A stretch of DNA of 64,000 bases, from the sequence record NC_047880.1. One strand, given 5' to 3'. A program made the translations under genes and the position numbers. Below the pieces are notes generated by a model. It ran no database searches. It worked only from the letters and a program-made list of their open reading frames with translations, and was not told where the DNA came from. Below are positions 38,856 to 48,400 of the stretch, one piece after another; within the stretch, counting starts at the first letter, position 1, and every line of letters begins with the position of its first letter.

Positions 38856-39698
38856 CTACATGGTAGTGACTAGACCTGAGTTGAACGCGAAACTTGGGCG
38901 AGTTCCTGGAGAGAGCGGGTTGTTAGATTGTCCCGATACTAAAATTTCATTGGCAACAAACTTAATCAACATACCATCTACAGGACTTGTAATCGCATCA
39001 GTCATTGTAGGAGTTTCATCTGAGCCAACGTTGTCTATCATCATAGTAACTTCTGCGGCACGTTGTATAAATGCTCCGCCATATCCAGGCTGAGTGTGTC
39101 CAGATGCGTAGAAGCCTGTGATGATTGTTTGATCAGTACCTCCAGAAAGATTCAGTGCCTGTGTAGGTCGGTTGAACGTACGGTTCTCATATTGAGAAGG
39201 TGCGCCGGAATAGACTGTGTAGTTTTGTGGAGTACCTGAACCCCGCATCACAGTCATGTTGATGAAGCTGTCGCCAGGTCTGTATGCACCAAGCTGACCA
39301 AATTCAGGATAGGTAACGTCAATAGATGTGGTTTCATTTGTGTGCAACGCACTTGGCACCATTGAACAAACGTTTGGGCTGTATGGCAATACATAGTCAG
39401 CACTGAGAGAACCTGAACTGATATTGTTTGCGCCCGTCTGAGGACTATCTATCTTAGCAGCAAAGGTAGTGCCTCCTAAGTATTTAAAGTTGGTGCAGTA
39501 ATACTTGTTGCTCTTGCGTCCGGAAACGACATTAACAATCCCTTTTCCTACAATACCTCGGGCCTTAGGTGCAACCGTTTTAAGCGTTGTCCTATCTACA
39601 ATGCTGTCAATATCAACACCGTCAGCTCTATCGAACAGAAAGATTTCAGGGAAGATATCCGTCACAGCAAGATGATTTGCAGTTGAGATAAATTGCAT
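38856..39698 (-). CDS. Hypothetical beta-rich protein (AT-rich paralog pair, member 1)
   Basis: N- and C-termini resemble 39767..40723; begins MQFISTA. Confidence 0.7.
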   Translation of the reverse strand: MQFISTANHLAVTDIFPEIFLFDRADGVDIDSIVDRTTLKTVAPKARGIVGKGIVNVVSGRKSNKYYCTNFKYLGGTTFAAKIDSPQTGANNISSGSLSADYVLPYSPNVCSMVPSALHTNETTSIDVTYPEFGQLGAYRPGDSFINMTVMRGSGTPQNYTVYSGAPSQYENRTFNRPTQALNLSGGTDQTIITGFYASGHTQPGYGGAFIQRAAEVTMMIDNVGSDETPTMTDAITSPVDGMLIKFVANEILVSGQSNNPLSPGTRPSFAFNSGLVTTM

Positions 39699-39766
39699 AC
39701 GATATTCCTTTTACTAATCAGGTCAGGGCCTACGCGGAACGCAAGCTTACTGAACTTTGGTAGGAG

Positions 39767-40723
39767 TTAGCTATTAAGTGAGAGAGAGTATGTTGTATTC
39801 AAACGCAACTTAGGACGAGAGCCGGGGACAATAGGAGTAGATAAATCCCAATCCGCTTTAGATAGTTTCAACATCGTTGTCACATCAAGCCAAGTTAGGC
39901 CAACGTCCAAATCAATTTCTTCGCTCGGCATAGAAGACACAGGTGTACCAGTAACTGGATCTGTCAGATACACAAGACCATCAGATTCACCATTAAAAGA
40001 GATATTAAAACCGCTACTGCCTGTGGGTGTTACATCTGTTAGTGCATTCAAATACTGAGTACCTATCGTAAAGCCGTTTGCTGAATTTGGATAGAGATAA
40101 TCTGAATCAGACACGGCAGGAACTACCAAGCCTGTCTGGCTATTATAGCCATAACTTTGTAGGTTGTAGTTCGAACTGGCTGTAGGGCGTACTATGGAGA
40201 AGGACCAATAGCTATAGAAAAGAGTCAGGGCGGACCCGTTATAGTTCCTAAGTTTGTATTTAGGAAGATTGATTTTCACATTTGCTTGAGGTGAGGTGAA
40301 TACTGTAGGCACTGGGGTAATGACGTTGTATCCCTGGGCATACGGATAATTCTGCTCAATAGAACCATCTGCTTTAGCTTTAGAAGTCCAGAGTGTAGGA
40401 CTCTTTGCTACAGTCGTATGGTTATCCAAATAGTGTTGGCCTAGCATTCTGTAATCAGTCTTATTATCATAGCCGTAGAATGACCAACGTAAAAAAGTTA
40501 AGTAATACTTACCGTCAGCGTTTTTACCTCTAACAGGATTCAAATAACCATCATTACCCATAAAAGTTCTTGCGTCCTGCAGAGCTATGGATATGCGTGA
40601 GATGTTTGATAAAAGGCTAAAATCTATAGGGTCTTTCTGCGTATCGAAGAAAGCAATCTCATACGTGTTAAGATCTATTGAAGGTTTCATTATGAATTGC
40701 ATAGAGTAATCCTCAAAGCACAT
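39767..40723 (-). CDS. Hypothetical beta-rich protein (AT-rich paralog pair, member 2)
   Basis: EIAFFD...PIDFS and PGSRPKLRLN motifs mirror the neighbouring gene; true start probably MQFIMKP. Confidence 0.7.
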   Translation of the reverse strand: MCFEDYSMQFIMKPSIDLNTYEIAFFDTQKDPIDFSLLSNISRISIALQDARTFMGNDGYLNPVRGKNADGKYYLTFLRWSFYGYDNKTDYRMLGQHYLDNHTTVAKSPTLWTSKAKADGSIEQNYPYAQGYNVITPVPTVFTSPQANVKINLPKYKLRNYNGSALTLFYSYWSFSIVRPTASSNYNLQSYGYNSQTGLVVPAVSDSDYLYPNSANGFTIGTQYLNALTDVTPTGSSGFNISFNGESDGLVYLTDPVTGTPVSSMPSEEIDLDVGLTWLDVTTMLKLSKADWDLSTPIVPGSRPKLRLNTTYSLSLNS

Positions 40724-40741
40724 CCTTGTGCTTGGGTGGTA

Positions 40742-41107
40742 TTATGCTACTACTTCGAGATCGTGATCACCTGAGTTCCAAATGAGTTCACGAATGTTGC
40801 GGGGCATAATGATGCAGCCGCTCGATGCAGTACCAGGAGCTTTGATGCTATCACCGTGAATCTGGAAAGACGAGCGGCCGAACATCACGTTGTCTTTGTT
40901 CGGATCAAGGGGCATTGCGTAAGGACCTGTCTGAGCACTTGTGCGTGGAGCAGTGATAACGTACTTACCTACAGGCAAAGGACCTACGCCCACGAGATTC
41001 TGATCAGCGTGTTTATTCTTGTGCTCACCTTTACCAGCATAGCCTGTAGCTACAAGCTTGCCTGTCTTGGCGTACATACGACCTGTTGATTGTTCATATT
41101 TCCACAT
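40742..41107 (-). CDS. Tlde1/DUF2778-like L,D-transpeptidase-fold protein
   Basis: GYAGKG...GPLPVGKY...FGRSSFQIHGD...ASSGCII (catalytic His and Cys). Confidence 0.8.
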   Translation of the reverse strand: MWKYEQSTGRMYAKTGKLVATGYAGKGEHKNKHADQNLVGVGPLPVGKYVITAPRTSAQTGPYAMPLDPNKDNVMFGRSSFQIHGDSIKAPGTASSGCIIMPRNIRELIWNSGDHDLEVVA

Positions 41108-41129
41108 GAGTATTGCCTCTGCGTTGGAT

Positions 41130-41171
41130 AAAAAACAAAAGGGCCTACACCTCTCGATGCAAGCCCCTTTC
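41130..41171 (-). terminator. Intrinsic terminator
   Basis: AAAGGGGCT...AGGCCCTTTTGTTTTTT. Confidence 0.65.
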
Positions 41172-41312
41172 TTATAAAATGATTGTCACGAACTCGTTGC
41201 GATTCTTCTTAGGGTTAAACCATACTTCATCTATGATCTTTCCCATACCGAAGTTGATCATGCACACAGTGCGTCTACTGACTAACTGCCAATGCTTTTT
41301 ACGATCAAACAT
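41172..41312 (-). CDS. Small hypothetical protein (46 aa, not in the ORF track)
   Basis: TGATG overlap with the upstream stop; MFDRKKHWQLVSRRTVCMINFGMGKIIDEVWFNPKKNRNEFVTIIL; ends at a terminator. Confidence 0.55.
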   Translation of the reverse strand: MFDRKKHWQLVSRRTVCMINFGMGKIIDEVWFNPKKNRNEFVTIIL

Positions 41313-41824
41313 CACTGGTCCTTAATCATTTTGACTCTGGTGTGATTGAATATTCCATACGTCGGAACATCGTGGTTCGCACCTTCGTTACCTAAGATGG
41401 AGTCATATTCAGCGGAAGCAAGAATCCGACTTATCTCTGCATACTCGTCCCACCACATATAGACACGCTTATGCGTAGAGGCAGGAATGAGATGTGAGAG
41501 TTTGTCCAGACGTTCAATAAGTTTAAGCGCTTCATCACGACCAACAAGCTTCTGTTGGAATGACTCCATGATAAGAGCTTTAACCCGCCTATAGATTTCA
41601 GCAAACTTCACTTCTGTCCAGAGGGAACGGAAGTTCAGACTAGCGGTGCGGCCTGGGTCTGCATGAAAACTGTAGAGTCGCCCATCTTCTGCATACATTT
41701 CAGCATACGCACGGTCTTGAGTTACCCAAGTCATGTGTAGCTTCTTCGCTTGTTCTTCGGACCAGTCGGAGGCTAGTCCTCGGTAGAAGATTTTGGGCGA
41801 TGACAGACTAACGAAAATTTGCAT
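41312..41824 (-). CDS. ADP-ribosyltransferase-like protein (ART-PolyVal type) with an N-terminal tag
   Basis: IFYRG...TWVTQDRAYAEMYA..GRLY...EYDSIL...YGIFNHTRVK matches the ART-PolyVal pattern; start moved to MQIFVSLSS (TAATG overlap). Confidence 0.65.
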   Translation of the reverse strand: MQIFVSLSSPKIFYRGLASDWSEEQAKKLHMTWVTQDRAYAEMYAEDGRLYSFHADPGRTASLNFRSLWTEVKFAEIYRRVKALIMESFQQKLVGRDEALKLIERLDKLSHLIPASTHKRVYMWWDEYAEISRILASAEYDSILGNEGANHDVPTYGIFNHTRVKMIKDQ

Positions 41825-42879
41825 TAGCGACCGGAAGTGCCTTTTTCCCAAGCTGTCTGTGAATCTATGCGATTAGGCTTCTCGTACTGGCTAAGAGCTT
41901 TTACAGCACCGCGTAGTTGTTTACGAGCAGTGGCTTCTGGCACAGGTGAATTGGAACCACCACCGTTGCCTCCAAAGTTTGCATACAGTTTCCACCTGCC
42001 GTCAGGCTGTTTCGACATTCGGAAGCTACCTGTACCATGCTTGTATTCGAATGAGTTACCAGATGCAATAATCTTGCCGCGTGATACACCATCTTTAGTA
42101 GTCATGGTCTTGATCAGGCTCTCCATTTTCGGTGAAGGGTTTGTGCCTGAAACTTTCACTGCACCTGCTTTCTTACCTGTTAAGGCAGCAGTGCGCTTTT
42201 CTTTCAGCTCTTTTGCTTTAGCCTTAGTCATCGCACCAGTCACTGCATCTTTGCGTTTGACAGTCTTCGGTGCATCAACCGGCTTCGGCTTGTCGCTCGG
42301 CTTAGCTCCTGGTGTAGATTTCTTAGCAGCAGAGGAAGCACCGATCTTATCGAACTTATCACCTGTTGCAAAACGAGGTTTGAGTAACGATGGACTGCGA
42401 TTCGTACCGCTCGCTTTCACCCAGAAGTTATCAGCCTTAGCTTTACCGATCTTACTGATCGTGTAATCAGGTTGCGTCGAAGTGATGTAAGACGGACGGA
42501 TAGGCGTGGACAAAACTTTCAATCCCGCTTTGGCGAGTGAAGCGATTGCAGATGCAGCCAGCTTCTTAGCGGCAGCAACATCCTTTTTAATCACAGCGTT
42601 GTTGGCTTTGATCTTAGCGCTGATAGGAGCTTTCTTCTCAGTGTCTCGCGTTGCTTTCAACTTGAGTTTCAGCTTTGCAGTAGCCTGACCAAGTTTAGCA
42701 GCAGCCACGCCTAAGGTCTTCGCTTGCTTCAATGAAGTAGCGGCCTTAGCAACAACAGGCTTGTACTTAGAGTTGATAACAATCGTCGGGCCGTTAGAAG
42801 ATTTGACGATGTGATACGAAGGTTTCTTTACAGCAGATTCTGAGGCCAATGTCTCAGCCACATTAAGTTTGATTTTCAT
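41824..42879 (-). CDS. Lys/Ala-rich putative head-internal protein (paralog family)
   Basis: MKIKLNVAETLASESAVKKPSY; paralog of 37268..38263. Confidence 0.7.
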   Translation of the reverse strand: MKIKLNVAETLASESAVKKPSYHIVKSSNGPTIVINSKYKPVVAKAATSLKQAKTLGVAAAKLGQATAKLKLKLKATRDTEKKAPISAKIKANNAVIKKDVAAAKKLAASAIASLAKAGLKVLSTPIRPSYITSTQPDYTISKIGKAKADNFWVKASGTNRSPSLLKPRFATGDKFDKIGASSAAKKSTPGAKPSDKPKPVDAPKTVKRKDAVTGAMTKAKAKELKEKRTAALTGKKAGAVKVSGTNPSPKMESLIKTMTTKDGVSRGKIIASGNSFEYKHGTGSFRMSKQPDGRWKLYANFGGNGGGSNSPVPEATARKQLRGAVKALSQYEKPNRIDSQTAWEKGTSGR

Positions 42880-42887
42880 TTTAGTCC

Positions 42888-43490
42888 TTACACCAAGGCT
42901 CGTGCTGGTGCATCAAAGTTTTTGCCTGCCGAGTAATCACCGAGAGCAGCGTACAGAGAATCACGCATCATGTTCTGGATGATATCAGAGTTATGTGCTG
43001 ACGCATCTTGAAACGCGACTTCAATCGCCAGAGTGCGAGGGTTGACCACAGCATAACGAATAGGTGCGATACCCTGACAGCGACCCCAAGAGTCTACACG
43101 ATCTTGCAGGCCAGCACTGAACGGGATTTTGAAGTCAGTCAACTGAAACACAGCAGACTGAATTGGAGGTGGAGCAGAGAGCGACATGAATTTACCTGTC
43201 GGACTCAGCTTCTCCATAGTTGTAGACGCATCAAACACGGACTGGAAGTTGTCTGCGATTGATGTGATGTTCTTCAACTTATAGCTGTTTGTCGAAAGGC
43301 CCTTGCGAATCAACTGTGCTACCTGAACTTCGTAGTCACCAGTATCGCCTTGAGCATAAGAGACAAAAGCGTAGAGAGCAACACCATTGGCTTCACGCAG
43401 CAGACGATGATCGAGTACACGGAACCCGACCACTTTAGTCAATGCTTGCGCGTTCATTTGGGTTGCTGCCAAAGAAACGAAGATCTTCAT
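42888..43490 (-). CDS. Putative head-internal protein
   Basis: MKIFVSLAA tag; late operon. Confidence 0.65.
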   Translation of the reverse strand: MKIFVSLAATQMNAQALTKVVGFRVLDHRLLREANGVALYAFVSYAQGDTGDYEVQVAQLIRKGLSTNSYKLKNITSIADNFQSVFDASTTMEKLSPTGKFMSLSAPPPIQSAVFQLTDFKIPFSAGLQDRVDSWGRCQGIAPIRYAVVNPRTLAIEVAFQDASAHNSDIIQNMMRDSLYAALGDYSAGKNFDAPARALV

Positions 43491-43822
43491 TAACGCATCT
43501 TGCTCAGTGCGTCTTTGGCTTTGGCCAGAGTAGGTTGAACATCGGAATCACCGAACTCAGCATTGATAGTGATACCGACTTCGATCACGTTGAAGCCTTC
43601 ATCTTCGTCCGCCATAACAACACCGAAGCGAGCAGTTTCACCATTGTACTTGATGAAACGGTAGTCGAGGATATCGTTCGGACCAGAGATATCAGACGGC
43701 ATACCATCAGCCACTAACATGGCGTACAGAGATTTCTTGTCCAGACCTTTCATGAAGAAAGCTGTAGGGACGCTTGACTCAGATGGTACTGCGTCTTTCA
43801 AATTCAATTTAATAACGGTCAT
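43490..43822 (-). CDS. Putative head-internal protein
   Basis: MTVIKLNLKDAVPSESS tag; late operon. Confidence 0.65.
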   Translation of the reverse strand: MTVIKLNLKDAVPSESSVPTAFFMKGLDKKSLYAMLVADGMPSDISGPNDILDYRFIKYNGETARFGVVMADEDEGFNVIEVGITINAEFGDSDVQPTLAKAKDALSKMR

Positions 43823-43824
43823 GA

Positions 43825-44394
43825 TCAGACTCCAACCTGTTTTGTGATTGTGATAACACGCTGGTACCAGCCGTAGATGTTATCTTCTTGTGTCTCGTCT
43901 GCCTTAGCGATGTTCTTGAGTTTCGCAATACGACAGCCATTAAAAGCATAGGCCAGGACTTTGATATCACGGACCTTACAGTAAGCAGCAAGAGCAGCCA
44001 ACGTCTTAGGACCGATGTTCGCAGCAGGCGCAAAGTCGGGATAGAGTTTGCCACGTTGATTCAGGATGTTCAACTGATCTTGCAGTTCAGCAATAGCAGC
44101 AGGTGGGCCTGAGTTAACAGCGTAATCGAACATCCACAGTGCAAGCTCTTGGCTGTACTTAGCGATCTCGTCACACTTGCAGAAGTCCCAGAAGTTAGCG
44201 CTGTAAATCGCGTAAGCAATCTCATACGGCAGATTCTGCATATCGCCTTTATAGCCATACGCACGAGCATTCTTTTCAGTAACGCCCCAACGAGTTGGAC
44301 CGCCACGGTCAGCAGCGCGGTTTGTGTACTTCGAACCACCTTCGCGATCAATAACCTCAGCAATCGCGTTCTTTCTAAACGTCAGAGCGTCCAT
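43825..44394 (-). CDS. Glycoside hydrolase family 108 endolysin with a PG-binding C-domain
   Basis: REGGSKYTNRAADRGGPTRWGVT, FDYAVNSG, LQ..LN, IGPKTLAAL, YGWYQR. Confidence 0.92.
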   Translation of the reverse strand: MDALTFRKNAIAEVIDREGGSKYTNRAADRGGPTRWGVTEKNARAYGYKGDMQNLPYEIAYAIYSANFWDFCKCDEIAKYSQELALWMFDYAVNSGPPAAIAELQDQLNILNQRGKLYPDFAPAANIGPKTLAALAAYCKVRDIKVLAYAFNGCRIAKLKNIAKADETQEDNIYGWYQRVITITKQVGV

Positions 44395-44421
44395 AATAAA
44401 TCCTCTATGTCAATACGCTTA

Positions 44422-44429
44422 AAAATTAG
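44422..44429 (-). promoter_or_regulatory. Class-A motif CTAATTTT
   Basis: Intergenic before the endolysin operon. Confidence 0.65.
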
Positions 44430-44437
44430 CGTCAGAA

Positions 44438-44466
44438 ACAAAAAGGGCAGCCGAAGCCACCCTTTA
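44438..44466 (-). terminator. Intrinsic terminator (same 18-mer family)
   Basis: GGGTGGCTTCGGCTGCCC followed by a T-run. Confidence 0.85.
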
Positions 44467-44468
44467 GT

Positions 44469-44804
44469 TTAGAACCAGCGTATAGACCAGATAAGCATAG
44501 AAGACCACAGACCTATGTGCGCAAGATATGCGAAGCGTAAAACATATCCTTGAACATATTTGTTTAGGCCACCATCGTACATGCCGCCATAGATTCCACC
44601 GAATGCAGTAAACGCAAATACCATAAGCATTGATTGAAACTGAGGTAGCTCCGCCCAAAACACGCAGAACTGAGCGAGCACCAAGTTAATGACGATCAGA
44701 TAGATAGTTGTACGATACGTCCATTGCGTACAGTAAACGATATCGTACATGAACATGCTCAACGCAACTGCAAACAACAGGAGGGCCTGATAGTCAGCGG
44801 ACAT
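44469..44804 (-). CDS. Integral membrane protein (~4 TM segments)
   Basis: Four hydrophobic stretches; holin role unproven. Confidence 0.65.
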   Translation of the reverse strand: MSADYQALLLFAVALSMFMYDIVYCTQWTYRTTIYLIVINLVLAQFCVFWAELPQFQSMLMVFAFTAFGGIYGGMYDGGLNKYVQGYVLRFAYLAHIGLWSSMLIWSIRWF

Positions 44805-45517
44805 TATACCCCCTGATTCGCAACATACGTGTCGGTTATGTTTGCAGTCTTCTCCACGTTGCCACGGATGTAACCGATCTCAAACACCTGCACGTTATGC
44901 TTCACCACTGCTTCACCGACAGTCTCACACGCATTGCTATGAATATCTAGGAACGCTTGGCACAGACGGTCAGCAACAGGCTTCGCAAGAATCTTCATCA
45001 GTGTGTGCCGTTGTATCGCAGTCAGCTTGATAGGCAGAGCATCAATCTCACGACCAATATCTTTTCTGCCACCACCGAATATCCAACGGCAAATGGTATT
45101 CGTCAAAGGCTTCTGGTGAGTCTTCGATGGTAGCTTGTAGATGAACGTCATCAGACTGTAGAACAGGCTTCCGTCAACAGCACGTTTCTTGAGGTCATCG
45201 AGATACGTACCGATAGGAACTAAGCGACCACGCTCTGGTTCCATGTCATCAAGTTTACGATCAACTGTCAGACCAAACTTGTTGATTACTTCCGAGTGAC
45301 CGAACACAAAGAAGATATGATCAACGAGTTCACGGATAGCGATGGAGTTGCGTGAGTATTGCTTAGTGCCAATAATAAAAATGTGCTTACGATATTTCTT
45401 CGATGGGTCGAGAACACCTGACAGAGGAACGAACGTCACTTGGTCTGCTTCACCACGAGATTTGAGCCAGCCCAGAACCTGCTCTGGGCTTTGTCGTGTA
45501 ACAGCAATTACTGGCAT
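44804..45517 (-). CDS. Hypothetical protein
   Basis: Overlapping operon gene. Confidence 0.7.
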   Translation of the reverse strand: MPVIAVTRQSPEQVLGWLKSRGEADQVTFVPLSGVLDPSKKYRKHIFIIGTKQYSRNSIAIRELVDHIFFVFGHSEVINKFGLTVDRKLDDMEPERGRLVPIGTYLDDLKKRAVDGSLFYSLMTFIYKLPSKTHQKPLTNTICRWIFGGGRKDIGREIDALPIKLTAIQRHTLMKILAKPVADRLCQAFLDIHSNACETVGEAVVKHNVQVFEIGYIRGNVEKTANITDTYVANQGV

Positions 45518-45756
45518 GATTTACCTGTGTTCACGTTTACTTCTGGGTTGTCTGCAACGAACGCAGCGACCTTCTGACGGACATCAGCTTCGGTGCTGCC
45601 GTAGAAAGTATGCTGCACGTCATGGCCACGAGTTGACGGGTACTTGACAGAGCACGACCAAGACTCGCAGTAGAAAGACGGTGGGTATACTTTGTCTTTC
45701 GGTTCTTTGAGTCCAGCGTTAGGCAGGTCTAAATCTTCTTTGTTGAATACGCACAT
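45508..45756 (-). CDS. Hypothetical protein
   Basis: Operon context. Confidence 0.6.
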   Translation of the reverse strand: MCVFNKEDLDLPNAGLKEPKDKVYPPSFYCESWSCSVKYPSTRGHDVQHTFYGSTEADVRQKVAAFVADNPEVNVNTGKSCQ

Positions 45757-45758
45757 GG

Positions 45759-46067
45759 TTATTCCACCGTGTCGAGTGCTTTTGCTGTGTACTCACGCAG
45801 AGTACGTTCGATATCCTGAGCAACATCCGGGTGACAGATTAACTGAGAGCCTCGGATGAATACACGCTGAGAGGGTTTCAGTATCGTACGCGGCTTACGC
45901 AGAAAGCGAGCAAGAATATTCCGTTCGTCTTGCTTGAACTCGTCCATGCACTGGATGTTAGGAATCACATCATACTTGGCGTAAATGTCTACGCTCTTTT
46001 TGATGTAGTTGATCGACACAGGGATGCTGTGCTTCTCATGGTCGCGATTGAGTTGACCGAAGATCAT
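45759..46067 (-). CDS. Hypothetical protein
   Basis: TAATG overlap with the sbcC stop. Confidence 0.65.
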   Translation of the reverse strand: MIFGQLNRDHEKHSIPVSINYIKKSVDIYAKYDVIPNIQCMDEFKQDERNILARFLRKPRTILKPSQRVFIRGSQLICHPDVAQDIERTLREYTAKALDTVE

Positions 46068-48400
46068 TATACCACCTTACGAGTCAATGCAGAGGTACCA
46101 CCCTGCTTGGTGACTGTCCATTGATTGTGAGAGAAGTGCTCGACGTCATTCGGGGTTATCCAATAGATGTTCGGGATAATCTGTTTGAGTATCGGCAGGA
46201 AGTTATTGATGATGTGCTCACTCACTGCTGGGCTGCAACTGTTATCAGGCTCGTCGAGGATGATAAAGTTTGTACGGCGATTAGCAGGAATGAACGGCAT
46301 GATCGCAACAGCAAACAACAGTCGGAAACAGTTAGTCTCTGCACCACTCATGATTGCAATGTCGGTTGTCTTCTTCGACACCATGCGCGTCACAGTAGCA
46401 CCAACACCTTGCTTAGTAGTGAACAGTTCAAAACGCATAGGCTCAGGGAATACAAGGCTGCTGTATTCGTTCAGCTTATTCTCAATCTGTTTCAGACGAC
46501 CTTCAACTGCTTTCAACTTGAGAGCGGTGTTCGAGTAAGCCTTGTACAGGACTTCAAATACTTTGCGCTTATCAATCATAGGCTGGAGCTTGGACAGTTT
46601 AAGACGAAGTTCCTTCAAGGTTTCTTCGTAGTGCTCATGCTCCTGAATGCGCATCTGCATGCCTTGCGCCTTACGTTCCTTCTTATCAATGTCGGTCGTC
46701 AGTGCAGTTACTTCCTTCTCAATGCGTTTGTAGTCGGCATCAAGAGAGTAGAATGGATTCGCAGGCTCACCGACGGCTTTCATCGCAGCGGTCAGGTCTT
46801 TCAGAATTTCAAGATCACGAATGCGACTCTTGATTGCTGTACGACCTTTCTTAGGCTTCTTAACTTCCTTCGGCTTCTTGAGTGCGGACTTACGTGCAAT
46901 CAATTTCTCATAACGCTTAGACGCTTCGAACTGCTGTTCGATTTCGTCAAGGCTTGTGCCGATAGTTTTGAGTTGTGATTTAAGTTCTTTGCGATTGTGC
47001 TTAGGCTTCTTAACCTTCTGGTCTTTCAACGCAGCGAGTTGAGCATCCAACTTGTGATAGTCGATGGCTTCAATGCACTCGTCGATAACAGACTGGGCTT
47101 TCGTTGCAGCACGGGACATTGCTTTAATGTCAACGTCTTGTCCGCACGTAGGACAGGAGTTACCATCATGGTCATGTTCCTGTAAAGCACGGTACGCTTG
47201 AACTATTGCTTTGGATTCTGCTCGGGCATCCTGTGCCTCTTCCTGAGTTCGTTTAGGACTTTTGAGCTTAGAGAGTCTTTTACCGAGCTTGTCACAGGCT
47301 TCTCGCCATTCGTCGTACTCTTCTTGCTGTCCATCAACTTTCTCCAACAGTTCTTGCAAACTCTCTTCCTGTTGAACAAGCTTGCCGTGCTTCTTGCGTA
47401 GCTTCTTGTTGTCGAGGTCTGCAACGTCACCGAGAGCTTTGATTTTCTTTTTAACGTCAGCGAGTTCTGTGTCATACTCTTCCTGAGCTTCAACATAATT
47501 GTCGTAACGATCATGTTTCGCAAGGAAGTCACGCAGGTCTTTGAGTTCCTGCTTAATGTCATCGGACTCAATGCCTAACGTGTCGAGCTGGTGCTTTAAC
47601 TTTTCATACTTACGCGCATTGCTGCGCTCAGTAGACAGGTCAATAAGTTGTTCACCAAGTTGGTTACGTCTGGCCTTCATTTTATCTAGATGCTCAACAA
47701 TCTTGGCTAGCTGATTCTTTTCCTGAGCGTGGATGTCCAGTGCGTTCTGCTTGCGCTGCGTAACGTCCAGCATATCAGCAAGCCCTTTAGATTCTGTCTC
47801 TGCATCTTTGGCCAGATCCAGTTTCTTCTTTAGTGCCTGACGAATGTTATCAAACACGTCAAGGTTAAACAGGCTTGTCAGATACTTGAGACGATCTGCA
47901 GGTGCAGCGCGTTGGAAAGGATGGGTAATCTGAGACTGCACATAGCAGTAGCTGTAGAACTCTTCCTTCGAAAGAGGCCAGTGCTTCGATACCCACGAAC
48001 GTGCTACGTCCTGACGATCGACCTTCTGATCTTCATTGTTGTAGTACACCTTATACTTCTTGGCTGTTTGCACGATACGCACAATACCGCCGAGAGGTGA
48101 CTGCCACGAAATGTCGATTGAACTGTCTTTGCCGAGCATGTTCCCTTTGTCTTTCTTTTTAAGAGCAAGGGGATCAGCTTCATATAACAAAGTTGGGATA
48201 GCGCCGAACAGCAAACTCTTTCCAACACCGTTCGTATTATCTTTAACGTTCGGGCTGTCGAGGTTCTTACCGCAAATAGTTGCGAACCCTTCTTTGTCGA
48301 GCTTAACGAGGTCGAGTTCCTTGTACGTACCAACATCGCGCAAGTGAATCTCTTTCAGACCGATGCCGTGTAGCTGATTCTGCCGCTTTGTTTTAGACAT
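46067..48400 (-). CDS. sbcC: SbcC/Rad50-like SMC ATPase
   Basis: Walker A NGVGKS, Q-loop YVQ, coiled coils, zinc hook CPTCG, signature MSGAE, Walker B ILDEPD. Confidence 0.92.
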   Translation of the reverse strand: MSKTKRQNQLHGIGLKEIHLRDVGTYKELDLVKLDKEGFATICGKNLDSPNVKDNTNGVGKSLLFGAIPTLLYEADPLALKKKDKGNMLGKDSSIDISWQSPLGGIVRIVQTAKKYKVYYNNEDQKVDRQDVARSWVSKHWPLSKEEFYSYCYVQSQITHPFQRAAPADRLKYLTSLFNLDVFDNIRQALKKKLDLAKDAETESKGLADMLDVTQRKQNALDIHAQEKNQLAKIVEHLDKMKARRNQLGEQLIDLSTERSNARKYEKLKHQLDTLGIESDDIKQELKDLRDFLAKHDRYDNYVEAQEEYDTELADVKKKIKALGDVADLDNKKLRKKHGKLVQQEESLQELLEKVDGQQEEYDEWREACDKLGKRLSKLKSPKRTQEEAQDARAESKAIVQAYRALQEHDHDGNSCPTCGQDVDIKAMSRAATKAQSVIDECIEAIDYHKLDAQLAALKDQKVKKPKHNRKELKSQLKTIGTSLDEIEQQFEASKRYEKLIARKSALKKPKEVKKPKKGRTAIKSRIRDLEILKDLTAAMKAVGEPANPFYSLDADYKRIEKEVTALTTDIDKKERKAQGMQMRIQEHEHYEETLKELRLKLSKLQPMIDKRKVFEVLYKAYSNTALKLKAVEGRLKQIENKLNEYSSLVFPEPMRFELFTTKQGVGATVTRMVSKKTTDIAIMSGAETNCFRLLFAVAIMPFIPANRRTNFIILDEPDNSCSPAVSEHIINNFLPILKQIIPNIYWITPNDVEHFSHNQWTVTKQGGTSALTRKVV

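Noticed and set aside
44469-44804. Holin assignment for the 4-TM protein next to the endolysin
   Set aside because: Separated from the endolysin by a terminator and a new promoter, and belongs to the sbcC operon; no positive holin motif
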